In this document: positions 9,778 to 19,557 of the stretch, piece after piece | Position numbering within the stretch: the first letter of the stretch is position 1 | Layout of the letters: every line of letters starts with the position of its first letter | NCBI GenBank assembly: GCA_019721075.1 | Contig: JAHEAD010000018.1 | Location: forward strand, 1 to 42,159 | DNA from: Candidatus Sysuiplasma jiujiangense | Lineage (GTDB): Archaea; Thermoplasmatota; Thermoplasmata; Sysuiplasmatales; Sysuiplasmataceae | Length of the DNA stretch: 42,159 bases | Reading direction: 5' to 3' | Made by a program: the position numbers and the translations under genes | Notes under the pieces: generated by a model | What the model was told of the DNA's origin: nothing | Database searches by the model: none | The model's input: only the letters and a program-made list of their open reading frames with translations

Positions 9778-11340
9778 GTGTTCGAAATTGTCAACGGCTT
9801 AATTGCCGACGGAAGCGGCAGGCCCCTTTTTGAAAATCCCGGTATAATCGTCAGGAAGGACAGAATGTTCTTTGACACCAGGGCCGGGAAGAATCCCCGG
9901 GCAAAGGTGATCGACGCCGGCAGTCTGGTCATTGCCCCCGGGTTCATCGACGCCCATTCACACTCCGATGTAGCTGTCCTGCGCAATCCACGTGCAGAAA
10001 ACAGGATACTCCAGGGTATAACTACCGAGGTAACGGGTAATTGCGGCTTTTCCCCTTTTCCTGTGACGGATCTCAACAGGGATGCGATGAAACGGGAATA
10101 TGTGCGATCCGGCGTCAGGCTGAGATGGAACAACCTGAGCGGATATGCGGAAGCGGTCAACAGGGTCAGGCCGGCAATCAACATTGCACCCCTGCAGGGA
10201 CACGGGAATCTCAGGGCCGCTGCCATGGGTTATGCCGGAAGGGCGCCGGACGGCAAAGAGCTAAGGCTGATGAAGAAACTCCTTTCCGAAAGTATGGCAG
10301 CCGGCTCTTTCGGCCTTTCATCCGGGCTGGAATACACGCCATCATCATTTGCGAACTGGAAGGAACTTGCCTCGCTCTGTTCAGTCGTTTCAAAATTCGG
10401 CGGGGTCTATGCGACCCACATGAGAAACGAGGATGATTTCCTTGAGAAATCTGTCGCCGAATCGCTGAAGGTATCCAGAGAAGGGGGCGTCAGGCTGGAA
10501 ATATCCCACCTGAAGTCAACGAGGAGGGCCAACTGGGGCAAGGTGGTGACGGTCCTCGCTGAGCTTGAAAGAAAATCGGCCAGGAACAGGGCAATAGCAT
10601 GGGATGCATACCCGTATGCGGCCTGCCACACAGATCTGACAATCACCCTTCCCTCGTACATAATGGACGGCGGTTTCTCCTCGATGCTCACGGCAGTTGC
10701 GGATGCGAAGACAAGAGCGAAGGTTATGGCCGACATGGAAAAGGACAGGGATATGGAAGACTGGAATGCGATTGTCGTGGAAGACATCACTTCAGGCGAA
10801 ATTTCGCATTTCAATAACAGAAATATCGGTGACATTGCCAGGCAGATGAACACGGTAGCCCCGGAGGCTGTATTGAAACTGCTTGAGATCAACGGTCATG
10901 ATATCGCAATTATCGTGCACAACATGGCACAGGAGGACGTCGACAGGGTGTTCAGCCATCCGCTGACCGGAATAGGCAGCGACAGTTCCGTTTATACAGG
11001 CGGCCATCCCCACCCGCGGGCATTCGGCACTTTTCCAAGGGCGTTTGCACGTTACGTCAGGGAACTCAAAAGCTGTCCGATGGAGCTCATGGTAATAAAA
11101 GCATCGGGACTCAATGCTGAAAGATTTTCAATACAGATGAGAGGATTCCTGCGTGACGGATATTTTGCCGACATAGTCATATTCAGCCCGGTGGTCATTG
11201 CAGACAGGAGCACTTATGAGCAGCCTTCCATAGAGCCGGAGGGCATAAGACACCTGTTTGTAAACGGCGTTCCTGAAATAGAAGATGGGAAGGTTACAGG
11301 CAGGCGGGGCGGGAGAGTGCTTAAGCTGAATGCCGCATGA
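9778..11340 (+). CDS. N-acyl-D-amino-acid deacylase (D-aminoacylase family amidohydrolase)
   Basis: APGFIDAHSHSD, QGITTEVTGNCGFS, GLSSGLEY, YATHMRNE, ISHLK, GSD and HPRAFGTFPR motifs. Confidence 0.88.
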   Translation: MFEIVNGLIADGSGRPLFENPGIIVRKDRMFFDTRAGKNPRAKVIDAGSLVIAPGFIDAHSHSDVAVLRNPRAENRILQGITTEVTGNCGFSPFPVTDLNRDAMKREYVRSGVRLRWNNLSGYAEAVNRVRPAINIAPLQGHGNLRAAAMGYAGRAPDGKELRLMKKLLSESMAAGSFGLSSGLEYTPSSFANWKELASLCSVVSKFGGVYATHMRNEDDFLEKSVAESLKVSREGGVRLEISHLKSTRRANWGKVVTVLAELERKSARNRAIAWDAYPYAACHTDLTITLPSYIMDGGFSSMLTAVADAKTRAKVMADMEKDRDMEDWNAIVVEDITSGEISHFNNRNIGDIARQMNTVAPEAVLKLLEINGHDIAIIVHNMAQEDVDRVFSHPLTGIGSDSSVYTGGHPHPRAFGTFPRAFARYVRELKSCPMELMVIKASGLNAERFSIQMRGFLRDGYFADIVIFSPVVIADRSTYEQPSIEPEGIRHLFVNGVPEIEDGKVTGRRGGRVLKLNAA

Positions 11341-11500
11341 TGCGTCTGCCCCCTTGTGCCGGAAGCGCCGATGCGGACTGTGCGAACATACGCCATAGCG
11401 CCGGTCAGTGGGCTGTTCCGCCGCAATGGCCTGCAGAAGGCGCCAGCAGGCACTCGTCTCCCTGATACCAGGTCAGATCCGCAATAGTCCTGCAGCTATT

Positions 11501-11508
11501 TTTATATC
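11501..11508 (+). promoter_or_regulatory. Putative TATA box for pirin
   Basis: TTTATATC about 45 nt upstream of the ATG, with a GGTGA RBS between them. Confidence 0.45.
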
Positions 11509-11551
11509 TGAACACTACTGATTAAACATGCCTCAAAGGTGAATTGGAAAT

Positions 11552-12478
11552 ATGGAAACAAGACGTGTCGCCGAAGTTCTGAAGAGCAGACCGACGATGG
11601 AAGGAGCAGGGGTCAGGCTGATGAGGGGTTTCGGGAATCAGCAGCTTGCATATGTTTTCGACCCTTTTCTTCTCTTTGACGATTTCGGTTCGCATTATCC
11701 CCATGAATACATGGCAGGTTTTCCTTGGCATCCGCACAGGGGAATAGAGACGGTAACATACCTTCTGAAAGGAGAGGTGCACCACGAAGACAGCACAGGG
11801 ACAAAGGGTGTAATACGCAGCGGCGATCTCCAGTGGATGAGCGCAGGCAGCGGAATCTACCATGCCGAAATGCCGAGACCGCCACCGAAGGAAAATGGCA
11901 GCCAGAAGGAGGACAGCGAGATGAGGGGCTTCCAGCTTTGGGTCAATATCCCTGCGGACAGGAAAATGAGCGAGCCGAACTACAAGAATCTGCTCAGGCA
12001 GAATGTGGCGGATGTCGAGCTCAATGACGGTACGAGGGTAAAGCTTGTCGCAGGCGAGCTCAAAAAGGTTCCCGGTGTCGGAGACATTTCCGGTCCTGTC
12101 AGGGACCTGCCTGTTGACGCACATTATCTCGATGTTACCATGAAGAATGAAAGCGAATTGAGCTACAACGTGAAGGACGGTTACACGACATTCGCTTATG
12201 TGGTTGAAGGCGAGGCAATATTCGATACAAGGAACAACATACGCGCCGGGCCGAGATCCGTTGTTCTTTTCGAGCGCTATGGCGACAATGTGAACATCAG
12301 GACGGATGAGACAGGGGCACGCTTCCTCCTCATCTCGGGGAGGCCTCTGAAAGAACCCATCGCATGGCATGGCCCTATTGTTATGAATACAAGGGAACAG
12401 CTGATGGAGGCCTTCCAGGAACTTCAGACCGGCGAATTCATAAAGCACAAGGCTACATCATACGATTACATCGAATAG
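11552..12478 (+). CDS. Pirin-family protein
   Basis: DPFLLFDDF, FPWHPHRGIETVTY, WMSAGSGIYHAEMP, GFQLWVN and GPIVMNT motifs. Confidence 0.93.
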   Translation: METRRVAEVLKSRPTMEGAGVRLMRGFGNQQLAYVFDPFLLFDDFGSHYPHEYMAGFPWHPHRGIETVTYLLKGEVHHEDSTGTKGVIRSGDLQWMSAGSGIYHAEMPRPPPKENGSQKEDSEMRGFQLWVNIPADRKMSEPNYKNLLRQNVADVELNDGTRVKLVAGELKKVPGVGDISGPVRDLPVDAHYLDVTMKNESELSYNVKDGYTTFAYVVEGEAIFDTRNNIRAGPRSVVLFERYGDNVNIRTDETGARFLLISGRPLKEPIAWHGPIVMNTREQLMEAFQELQTGEFIKHKATSYDYIE

Positions 12479-12493
12479 CTCCCGGCCAGTGTA

Positions 12494-13540
12494 TCAGGGT
12501 GACGGCTGCTGCTGGGTGGCGCAGTGTATCGTTCCGAAGCCATGAACCATGGCACTGCAGTCAATGCCCACGATACGCCTCCCCCTGAAAACATCTTTCA
12601 GGGCATCCAGTATGATGTCATCATTTCTGCATCCGAATACAGGCACCAGCACCGCTGAGTTCCCTATGTAGAAATTGGCGTAACTTGCCGGCAATCCTGC
12701 GGTGTCCGGTGTCCTGACCGGCATGGGCACCTCCACGATATCCACTTCATCCCTGCCCAGGGAAAAAGCTCTCTTCAAAATCTTCAGATTGGCATCCAGT
12801 ACTCCCCGGTTGGAATCATCCCTGTTGCTTTCCACCATGCATATGACGGTGTCCATGGAAACGAAACGGGCTACGTCGTCAATGTGACCGTCCGTGTCAT
12901 CGCCCTCTATACCGCCGCTCAGCCAGATTACCTCTTTCGCGCCGAGATACTCCCCAAGCTTCATCTCGATATCCCTCCTTCCAAGTGCCGGGTTCCTGTT
13001 TTTGTTGAGGAGGCACTGCTCTGTGGTGAGGAGCCTTCCGCTGCCGTCTACATCGATTGAACCCCCTTCAAGCACCATACCTGTCTCGACAATTTCCAGT
13101 TCGGCCGATTTGGCTATTTCCATTCCTGCAATGTTGTCCGGAAGCAGATCATCGTATTTGTTCCCCCATGCATTGAATGTCCATTTTGTCGCAACAATCT
13201 TTCGTGCATTCCTTTTTCTGACGAAAATCGGCCCGTAGTCGCGGACCCAGACGTCCGCTGCCTGTATGGTGTGGAATTTTACGTTCCTGGTGCTGTTGAG
13301 CATGGAAGTTATGTGCTCCTCAAGAGATGCGTCTGCGGCGAGTATGTCGATCCTTTCGCCCCGGGACAGTTCCTCCACTATACCGACGAATGTCTGCTCC
13401 ACCTCTTCCATTATGTCGTCCGGAAAGGTCAGTCTGTTCCCGGGCCAGGAAATCCATGTGGACTCATGTTTTTCCCACTCCGCCGGCATCCTGTACTCCG
13501 GTATCCCGTCCTTCGTAATATCATGCGGTAAGCGGATCAC
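12494..13540 (-). CDS. aguA: Agmatine deiminase
   Basis: RMPAEWE, WVRDYGP, FNAWGNKY, LEGGSIDVDG, DDTDGHIDD, ASYANF and GTIHCATQQQP (catalytic Cys) motifs. Confidence 0.92.
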   Translation of the reverse strand: MIRLPHDITKDGIPEYRMPAEWEKHESTWISWPGNRLTFPDDIMEEVEQTFVGIVEELSRGERIDILAADASLEEHITSMLNSTRNVKFHTIQAADVWVRDYGPIFVRKRNARKIVATKWTFNAWGNKYDDLLPDNIAGMEIAKSAELEIVETGMVLEGGSIDVDGSGRLLTTEQCLLNKNRNPALGRRDIEMKLGEYLGAKEVIWLSGGIEGDDTDGHIDDVARFVSMDTVICMVESNRDDSNRGVLDANLKILKRAFSLGRDEVDIVEVPMPVRTPDTAGLPASYANFYIGNSAVLVPVFGCRNDDIILDALKDVFRGRRIVGIDCSAMVHGFGTIHCATQQQPSP

Positions 13541-14373
13541 CTGACCAGTCTGCCATATGTTGAGGGCATCCTGTTCCTCAGGAACCCCCAGCCTTTTTCA
13601 ATGTTTCTTCCGAGACCAGGATCGCATTCGGCAATCAGTGCCTCTTCCCCGCGTCCTCCCCTGGCAATGAAATTTCCAAACTGATCACAGACGAATGAGC
13701 CGCCCCAGAAATTCATGTCACCTTCCCTGCCTGTTCTGTTTGCGCATGCTACAATCAGACTGTTGGCTATGGCATGCCCCCTCTGTACGGCGGTCCACGC
13801 GTCCTTCCAGCTGCCTTCCGTCTGTTCTATGCCTCTCACCGTTCCTATCGCTGTCGGATAAAAAAGTATGTCCGCACCCATGAGCCTGTTGATTCGTGCA
13901 GCCTCGGAATACCACTGGTCAAAGCAGATGAGCACGCCGATCCTGCATTTCTCAGTTTTTACAACGGTGTATCTGTTTCCCGGCGAGAAGTAGTTTTTTT
14001 CATAAAAATAGGGATCCTGGGGAACATGGACTTTCCTGTATTTCCCTATCAGTCTTCCCTTCGCGTCAAAGATGAGGGAGGTGTTGTACCTCCTTCCCCC
14101 GGCCGACTCAAAGAGCGAGCCGCCTACAAGCACGACCCTGTTCTCCCTGGCTGCTGCCGAAAGCATGTCGCTCGAAGGGCCGGGAATCCTTTCTGGTTTC
14201 ACCGTACTGTTTCTGGAAGCAGGAAAGTATCTGGTGCCAAAAAGTTCGGGAAGGCAGACTATTTCCGCTCCGGATTTCGCCGCCCTGCCGACCATTTCCG
14301 ATGCCCTGTGCAGGTTCTTTTCGGCATCCCCGTGCGTCTTCATCTGAACAAGACCGACCTTGAGTTTCTCCAT
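13537..14373 (-). CDS. aguB: N-carbamoylputrescine amidase (nitrilase family)
   Basis: E-K-C triad (LPELF, YRKVHVP, ICFDQW), FYEKNYFSPG, YPTAIG and QRGHAIAN. Overlaps aguA by 4 nt. Confidence 0.88.
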   Translation of the reverse strand: MEKLKVGLVQMKTHGDAEKNLHRASEMVGRAAKSGAEIVCLPELFGTRYFPASRNSTVKPERIPGPSSDMLSAAARENRVVLVGGSLFESAGGRRYNTSLIFDAKGRLIGKYRKVHVPQDPYFYEKNYFSPGNRYTVVKTEKCRIGVLICFDQWYSEAARINRLMGADILFYPTAIGTVRGIEQTEGSWKDAWTAVQRGHAIANSLIVACANRTGREGDMNFWGGSFVCDQFGNFIARGGRGEEALIAECDPGLGRNIEKGWGFLRNRMPSTYGRLVR

Positions 14374-14525
14374 TTACTGTTTCCCGCCTTACGACACGGC
14401 AGTGTGTTGAAAATAGTCTGTCTTATTATTCTTTGTCCATGGTGGTGAATTTGATGCAGTCTGTCCGGTGCAGACTGTGAAGAGAAGCTGTCATGCGGAC
14501 ATGCTTTCGCGATACGGCAGGACAC

Positions 14526-16376
14526 TCAGATCCACACGTATAGCAGAACGGCAATGAGTGCAGCCAGTATGTAAAGCATGTATCTTCCAATGGAGCTGTT
14601 CATGATACTTCTGCCGGAATGGTATGATATACTTCTGTATGCTCTTCCGGCCGCTTCGAGGGCATTCCACTCCCTGTTGAGAGGCGTCGTCGCGCCTGTT
14701 TCTCTTCCAAAGAGGTATCTGAACATCAGTCTCACCGGATTTGAATACTGAAACGGGCCGTAAGATCCAGGCTCAGCCATCAGGCCGCCTGCCCATACCG
14801 GTACTGTTCTTCCCTTCCTTCCTGCACCGATCAGCACGTATGCTGTTGTCGAGAAGATGAAGATCAGGCCTGCTATAAAGAACGGTGAAATAAGTCCGAA
14901 TACACCGGACGGACCAGGCGAGGTTATCAGCAGTCCATCCGGCACTGCGAGGAGACCGCCTATCAGTGACGAAATGCCGTGTCCCGTCACCATTTCTATT
15001 GCGCTATCTGCGAAATAAAGAAAGTAAGAGGACAGGATTCCCAGAAAGAGAACAACGATCCCGGCAACGGCGACTCCCGACGAAAGCAGTTTTCCGCTGC
15101 TATTACTGCCTCCTGCCGTTCCATAGCCGAAAAGTTTGCTCATCGAAACAAGCGACATGCCCCCTCCCAGTGCAACTGCGGCACCTACAAAAACTGAGAT
15201 GACAGAAACGCCTGTTCCGCCGAAGGTTACGAGAATGAACAGTGTTTCGAGCAGCATCCATTCTCCCAGTCCTCCGCCGAACGGAAGCAGACCTGCAAGG
15301 GATAATGCGCAGATGAAACCGCCTGCCGCTGCGCCCGTTCCTGGTCCCTCTGATACATTTCCGAGCAGGCCGCTCCGGGACTTCTTTTCTATGATGCCGG
15401 AAAACATGAAGAGGCCTGCCTTTCCCAGTGTATGTGCAAAGACGAACACGATCGATGTTCCAGCAGCAAAAGCGGCCAGAAGATAGTCATGATAATAGAG
15501 TGCGACCACTACGGATCCGAGTGCTATCAGCATGGAACCTCCATTTTCAACTGTGCTGTAGGCCGGTATGATCTTGACATGCTCCGCGGTTGCCGCAAAC
15601 ACGGATGCGAATACGGCGGTGAATGCTCCTGCAACCATCATGAGTATGCCGGCACCGATGGATGGTGGAGTCAGGGATATCAGACGTAATATGCAGTAGA
15701 CTGCCAGCATAGTCATTGTTGCGCTGAAGAGAACAGAACCGTTGGTGGGCGCACTGCTGTGGGCAACAGGCAGCCAGTCTGATATCAGGAAGGGCGTGAC
15801 ACCCATCTTCACCGCGAAACCGAATATTCCGAGCAGAAATGCGACTGTGGAAGTGAAGTATGTCATTTCAAACGTTCCTGTTTCAAAATACAACACTGCA
15901 GTCATCAGAAGTATGAGCAGGGTGCTCAGTTCGCTGAATATGATGAAGAGCAGCGGCGCCCTTCCATTCACATTTTTTACTGAGATTATCTGCAGATATC
16001 CTGCGATGCTCATCATTTCCCAACCGAAGAGCAGGGTGAAGAAGGAGTGCGACAGCAGTACCACCACCATCGAGAGTATTGAAACTGAATAGCCGATGGC
16101 GTTTGTTCTGGAGTTCCTGTCGTAGCCTGCAGAATAGATGGAAGAAGCTGTCCAGGCAATTGCACCGATCATCAGGAATAGTGACGAAAGTGCGTCGAGC
16201 CTGAACGATATCAGCCCGTCAATGTAGAATGTGTCGGGTGGTGCATTTATGGACAGTATGGATATGATAAATGTGATCACTGAAACAGAACCCGTCAGGG
16301 CATAGGAAAGTCTTACCCGTGCCGTCGCAACCAGTGGCGGCAGGAAGAAAAGGGCCATGACGATAAACGGATTCAC
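14526..16376 (-). CDS. Hydrogenase-4 component B-like (HyfB/NuoL-MrpA antiporter-like) subunit of an Ehr complex
   Basis: 616 aa, highly hydrophobic; WEMMS, VKMG..P...WLPVAHSSAP, AYSTVEN and HTLGKAGLF motifs. Confidence 0.85.
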   Translation of the reverse strand: MNPFIVMALFFLPPLVATARVRLSYALTGSVSVITFIISILSINAPPDTFYIDGLISFRLDALSSLFLMIGAIAWTASSIYSAGYDRNSRTNAIGYSVSILSMVVVLLSHSFFTLLFGWEMMSIAGYLQIISVKNVNGRAPLLFIIFSELSTLLILLMTAVLYFETGTFEMTYFTSTVAFLLGIFGFAVKMGVTPFLISDWLPVAHSSAPTNGSVLFSATMTMLAVYCILRLISLTPPSIGAGILMMVAGAFTAVFASVFAATAEHVKIIPAYSTVENGGSMLIALGSVVVALYYHDYLLAAFAAGTSIVFVFAHTLGKAGLFMFSGIIEKKSRSGLLGNVSEGPGTGAAAGGFICALSLAGLLPFGGGLGEWMLLETLFILVTFGGTGVSVISVFVGAAVALGGGMSLVSMSKLFGYGTAGGSNSSGKLLSSGVAVAGIVVLFLGILSSYFLYFADSAIEMVTGHGISSLIGGLLAVPDGLLITSPGPSGVFGLISPFFIAGLIFIFSTTAYVLIGAGRKGRTVPVWAGGLMAEPGSYGPFQYSNPVRLMFRYLFGRETGATTPLNREWNALEAAGRAYRSISYHSGRSIMNSSIGRYMLYILAALIAVLLYVWI

Positions 16377-17002
16377 CTTCCTCCCCTCGCCTTGATAAGC
16401 GCGTCAAGAATTGTAAAAGGACTCGGCGGGCATCCCGGGACAAGCACATCGACTCTGACCGCGCCGGTAACTGGTCTGCCTATGATTCCGCCCGAAATTG
16501 CACAGGTACCTGCCGCTATCACCAGTTTGGGTTCAGGCATGGCATCGTATGCCGCAATGAGCACGTCATGCATTCTTTCGGCCAGCACTCCGACAACAAT
16601 CAGCGCATCCGCGTGTCTGGGTGTGCTGGTGAAGAAAATTCCGAGTCTGTTGAAGTCATAAACCGGGTTTGAAAGCGCATGCACTTCCGTATTGCATGCG
16701 CCGCAGGAACCGGTATCTATGAGATAGATGTGAAACGACTGTCTGAATGTCCTGTTGCTCTCACTCAGCAGGGCAATTCTGACATCTCCTGCCGGTTCAA
16801 ACTGTGGAGCGCATCTTCCGCAGGAAATGCACCTCTCCATGTTGACACTGTCCGCTTCAACGGCATCTGCCGGGCATTCAACGCGCCCCTCCATTTTTCT
16901 GACCGGCTTTGTGCTCCATGCCGATACGCTCTCCGCATCTCCGTCAGGAAAACGCGTGGTCACAATACCCTTCCTGAGGCCGCTTAAAATCCAGGATTTC
17001 AC
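16373..17002 (-). CDS. HycG/HyfI/NuoB-like small subunit with an N-terminal ferredoxin-like segment
   Basis: GSCGAC, TPRHAD, GTCAISGG and PGCPP retain four Cys. The N-terminus has CP...CISCGRC. Confidence 0.88.
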   Translation of the reverse strand: MKSWILSGLRKGIVTTRFPDGDAESVSAWSTKPVRKMEGRVECPADAVEADSVNMERCISCGRCAPQFEPAGDVRIALLSESNRTFRQSFHIYLIDTGSCGACNTEVHALSNPVYDFNRLGIFFTSTPRHADALIVVGVLAERMHDVLIAAYDAMPEPKLVIAAGTCAISGGIIGRPVTGAVRVDVLVPGCPPSPFTILDALIKARGGR

Positions 17003-18210
17003 AACACATCACCCATCTCCGATATCCAGAAGCCGAAGCTTTCCCAGGCGAACGGAAAATCAGTCAAAACGCTGTTCTTAATTCCCTCGGCAAATGCAGG
17101 GATGTTTGCAGTCGAGGGAGACATTATGTGCAGTTCTCCGACTCCGCCTGTTCCTGTGCGCATCCAGAGGATTGTTTCCCCTCCCGGAGACTCAATTTTG
17201 CCCAGACCTTCCCCCTCTCTCAGCTCAACAGCAGACGTCTCTGCGGCATTCACATGTTCCAGGTGAGCGCAGATCTGCCCGATCACTGACGCCGATTCCT
17301 CAATTTCCTGGGCGCGAACAAGTGCTCTTGACAGCGCATCGCCCTCATATTCCCTTCTGTAGTTGAAAGAATAGTCTCCATAAGGGAGCAATTTCCCCTT
17401 CCATCTGGCGTCCACCGGAAAACCAGCAGCCCTTACAGCCGGCCCGACCATCCACTCCCTGCGGACTGTGCAGGTTCTCTGTATCCTGTCCAGAAAAAGA
17501 GTCGATTCGGACAGATGGTTCCATGTTTTCGAGAATTCACTGACTATTGCGTCCGTTGCTGCCGGCAGTCCTTCGAAGTCGATGTCTCTTCCGATGCCGC
17601 CAATCCTGTTGACGCCAAAGAAGTATCTATGGCCGAAATGCTCCGATACCAGTCTCAGCACCTTTTCCCTCAGGGTGAATATGTGTGAGGTTGCAACATT
17701 CTGTGAAGCCGCTTCGCACAGTCTCCCTATGACAAAAAGGTGGGATGCTATTCTCTCAAGTTCACACATCACCATTCTGGTCTTCTTTACATCCGGGTTT
17801 ACATCAGTTTCGCATATATTTTCGATCGTGCCGCAGAAGAGTGATGAATATGCTGCCGAATGAAATCCGTTCAGCCTCTCCAATTTTAACAGTGCCATGT
17901 CCTGCTGCATGCCGGAAATCCGAAGGCGCCTGTCCTTGAACAGGAAGTATGGAACGACTTCATCGATTGTTTCGCCCTTTGTGCTCATCAGGAATCTCAC
18001 CGCCTCAATCATCCCCCCGGAACTCGGACCATAGACGAACATACGCGTCCTGCCTGATGCTTCCGGCAGATTTGCAAAATATCTGTAATTCTCATATCTG
18101 CCGGGAACTGATTCATCTACAATTTCGGCATCATTGCTGTCTCTGAATACGGCTCTCCAGCCGCCACCTGATTTGAATGCACAGGATAGTATTCTGCCAT
18201 CGCCCGCCAT
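16999..18210 (-). CDS. HycE/HyfG/NuoD-like large subunit lacking NiFe-binding cysteines (Ehr large subunit)
   Basis: YGP..GG.IE, ELERIASHL, GHRYFFG.N.IGG, GDALSR..VR..EI and ESPGGE motifs. Both CxxC motifs are absent. Confidence 0.85.
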   Translation of the reverse strand: MAGDGRILSCAFKSGGGWRAVFRDSNDAEIVDESVPGRYENYRYFANLPEASGRTRMFVYGPSSGGMIEAVRFLMSTKGETIDEVVPYFLFKDRRLRISGMQQDMALLKLERLNGFHSAAYSSLFCGTIENICETDVNPDVKKTRMVMCELERIASHLFVIGRLCEAASQNVATSHIFTLREKVLRLVSEHFGHRYFFGVNRIGGIGRDIDFEGLPAATDAIVSEFSKTWNHLSESTLFLDRIQRTCTVRREWMVGPAVRAAGFPVDARWKGKLLPYGDYSFNYRREYEGDALSRALVRAQEIEESASVIGQICAHLEHVNAAETSAVELREGEGLGKIESPGGETILWMRTGTGGVGELHIMSPSTANIPAFAEGIKNSVLTDFPFAWESFGFWISEMGDVL

Positions 18211-19557
18211 CTACAAACCTCCTGCCAGGAAGAATATGATGGAAACTGCCGCTGAGAGGGTGATTGATGATACAGCCACTGCCCTCTGCAGCCTTCCAGC
18301 TTCGTGCATCGTGTCGCCCGGAGAAGGGGAAAATAGCATCGAACCGACCTTCATGTTAACAGAACTGAAGGTGATGAGAATCAGCGGCGCTGTCAGTGCA
18401 ATCATTACGAACAATCCGGCATGCGCCAGTCCCATGAAAATGAGAAATATGCCAACAAAAGTACCGAACGGCGGAGCGCCTGTTACCGCGAGAGAAGAAA
18501 ACAGCATGTAAAAGGAGCTCTGAGGCATCGTCACAAGCAGTCCCTTTACATCGCCGATATTCCTCTTTCCTGTTGCAGAAAGGATGTTTCCGGAAGAGTA
18601 GAAAGCGCCCGCCTTGGCGAATGCATGTGAAACCAGAAGTACAATGGCACCGGTAAGTCCTATTCCGCCGATAACAAGACCTATGACTATCAATGCCATA
18701 TTCTCCATCGTCGAATACGCGAACATTCTCTTGTAGTAGCGTTGCGATGGCATCAGCAGTGCAGCCACTGCGATCGTGATGAACGCAAAAAACAGGTAAA
18801 GTCCTTCCACCCTGCTGCTGTATGTGATCTCATAGATGCGGTACAGGGCATAAACAGCGACCGGCAGAAGAACTCCGGAAAACATGGAACTTATTTCTGA
18901 CGGTGCCTCGCTGTGCGCATCAGGCAGCCAGGTGTGCATAGGCACGAGCCCGATCTTTGTGCCGAAACCTATCAGTGCAGTTGCTGCCGCAATTTCAGTT
19001 ATCAGAGATACGGAGTGGACAGAGGAGATCAGATTGTATATGTCAAGTGTTCCGAATGCCCTGTATATCATAACGATTGAAATCAGACTTATGGCAAGAC
19101 CTGACGAAACTATTATGACGTATCTCCAGGCAGCTTCAACATTGAGTCTGTTTTCCTCTATGACGAGCAGAAGGGCACTGCTTACGGTGGTCAGCTCGAT
19201 CCCGATCCAGAGAAAACCGTAGTTGTTGACTGTCAGTGAAAAGAGCATGGAGGCGACAAACAGATGCATCATTGAAAGATGCAGGCGCATATTCCTGGAT
19301 TCGCCGAGATGGTGATGGTAGCCAAGGGCAAACAGGGTGGACATCAGATATACAATCGAGACTGTGAGGATCAGAATGCGACTCATTGTGTCAAGCAGAA
19401 AGAATCCGTGCGAGTCAGTCGAAAGCATGTTCAATGCCGCTGCAAGCAGCAAGGTCAGCAGTGCCGACACCACCGAAAGAGCTTTGAACCTGGCAAAAAA
19501 ATAGGATGCGGAGAAGAGGGCAGGCACAGATATCAGAAGTAATATCAGGAGATTCAT
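18211..19557 (-). CDS. Hydrogenase-4 component F-like (HyfF) antiporter-like subunit
   Basis: LWIGIELTT, EAAWRY, GFGTKIGLVPMHTWLPDAHSEAP, KRMFAYSTMENM, HAFAKA and GAPPFG motifs. Confidence 0.88.
   Translation of the reverse strand: MNLLILLLISVPALFSASYFFARFKALSVVSALLTLLLAAALNMLSTDSHGFFLLDTMSRILILTVSIVYLMSTLFALGYHHHLGESRNMRLHLSMMHLFVASMLFSLTVNNYGFLWIGIELTTVSSALLLVIEENRLNVEAAWRYVIIVSSGLAISLISIVMIYRAFGTLDIYNLISSVHSVSLITEIAAATALIGFGTKIGLVPMHTWLPDAHSEAPSEISSMFSGVLLPVAVYALYRIYEITYSSRVEGLYLFFAFITIAVAALLMPSQRYYKRMFAYSTMENMALIVIGLVIGGIGLTGAIVLLVSHAFAKAGAFYSSGNILSATGKRNIGDVKGLLVTMPQSSFYMLFSSLAVTGAPPFGTFVGIFLIFMGLAHAGLFVMIALTAPLILITFSSVNMKVGSMLFSPSPGDTMHEAGRLQRAVAVSSITLSAAVSIIFFLAGGL

Noticed and set aside
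11522..12448. 308-aa minus-strand ORF mirroring pirin
   Set aside because: Antisense shadow of a well-supported gene with no motifs. The same applies to the many 60-230 aa ORFs overlapping called genes.
16999..18210. Calling the operon a functional NiFe hydrogenase or formate hydrogenlyase
   Set aside because: All four metal-binding cysteines are missing from the large subunit.
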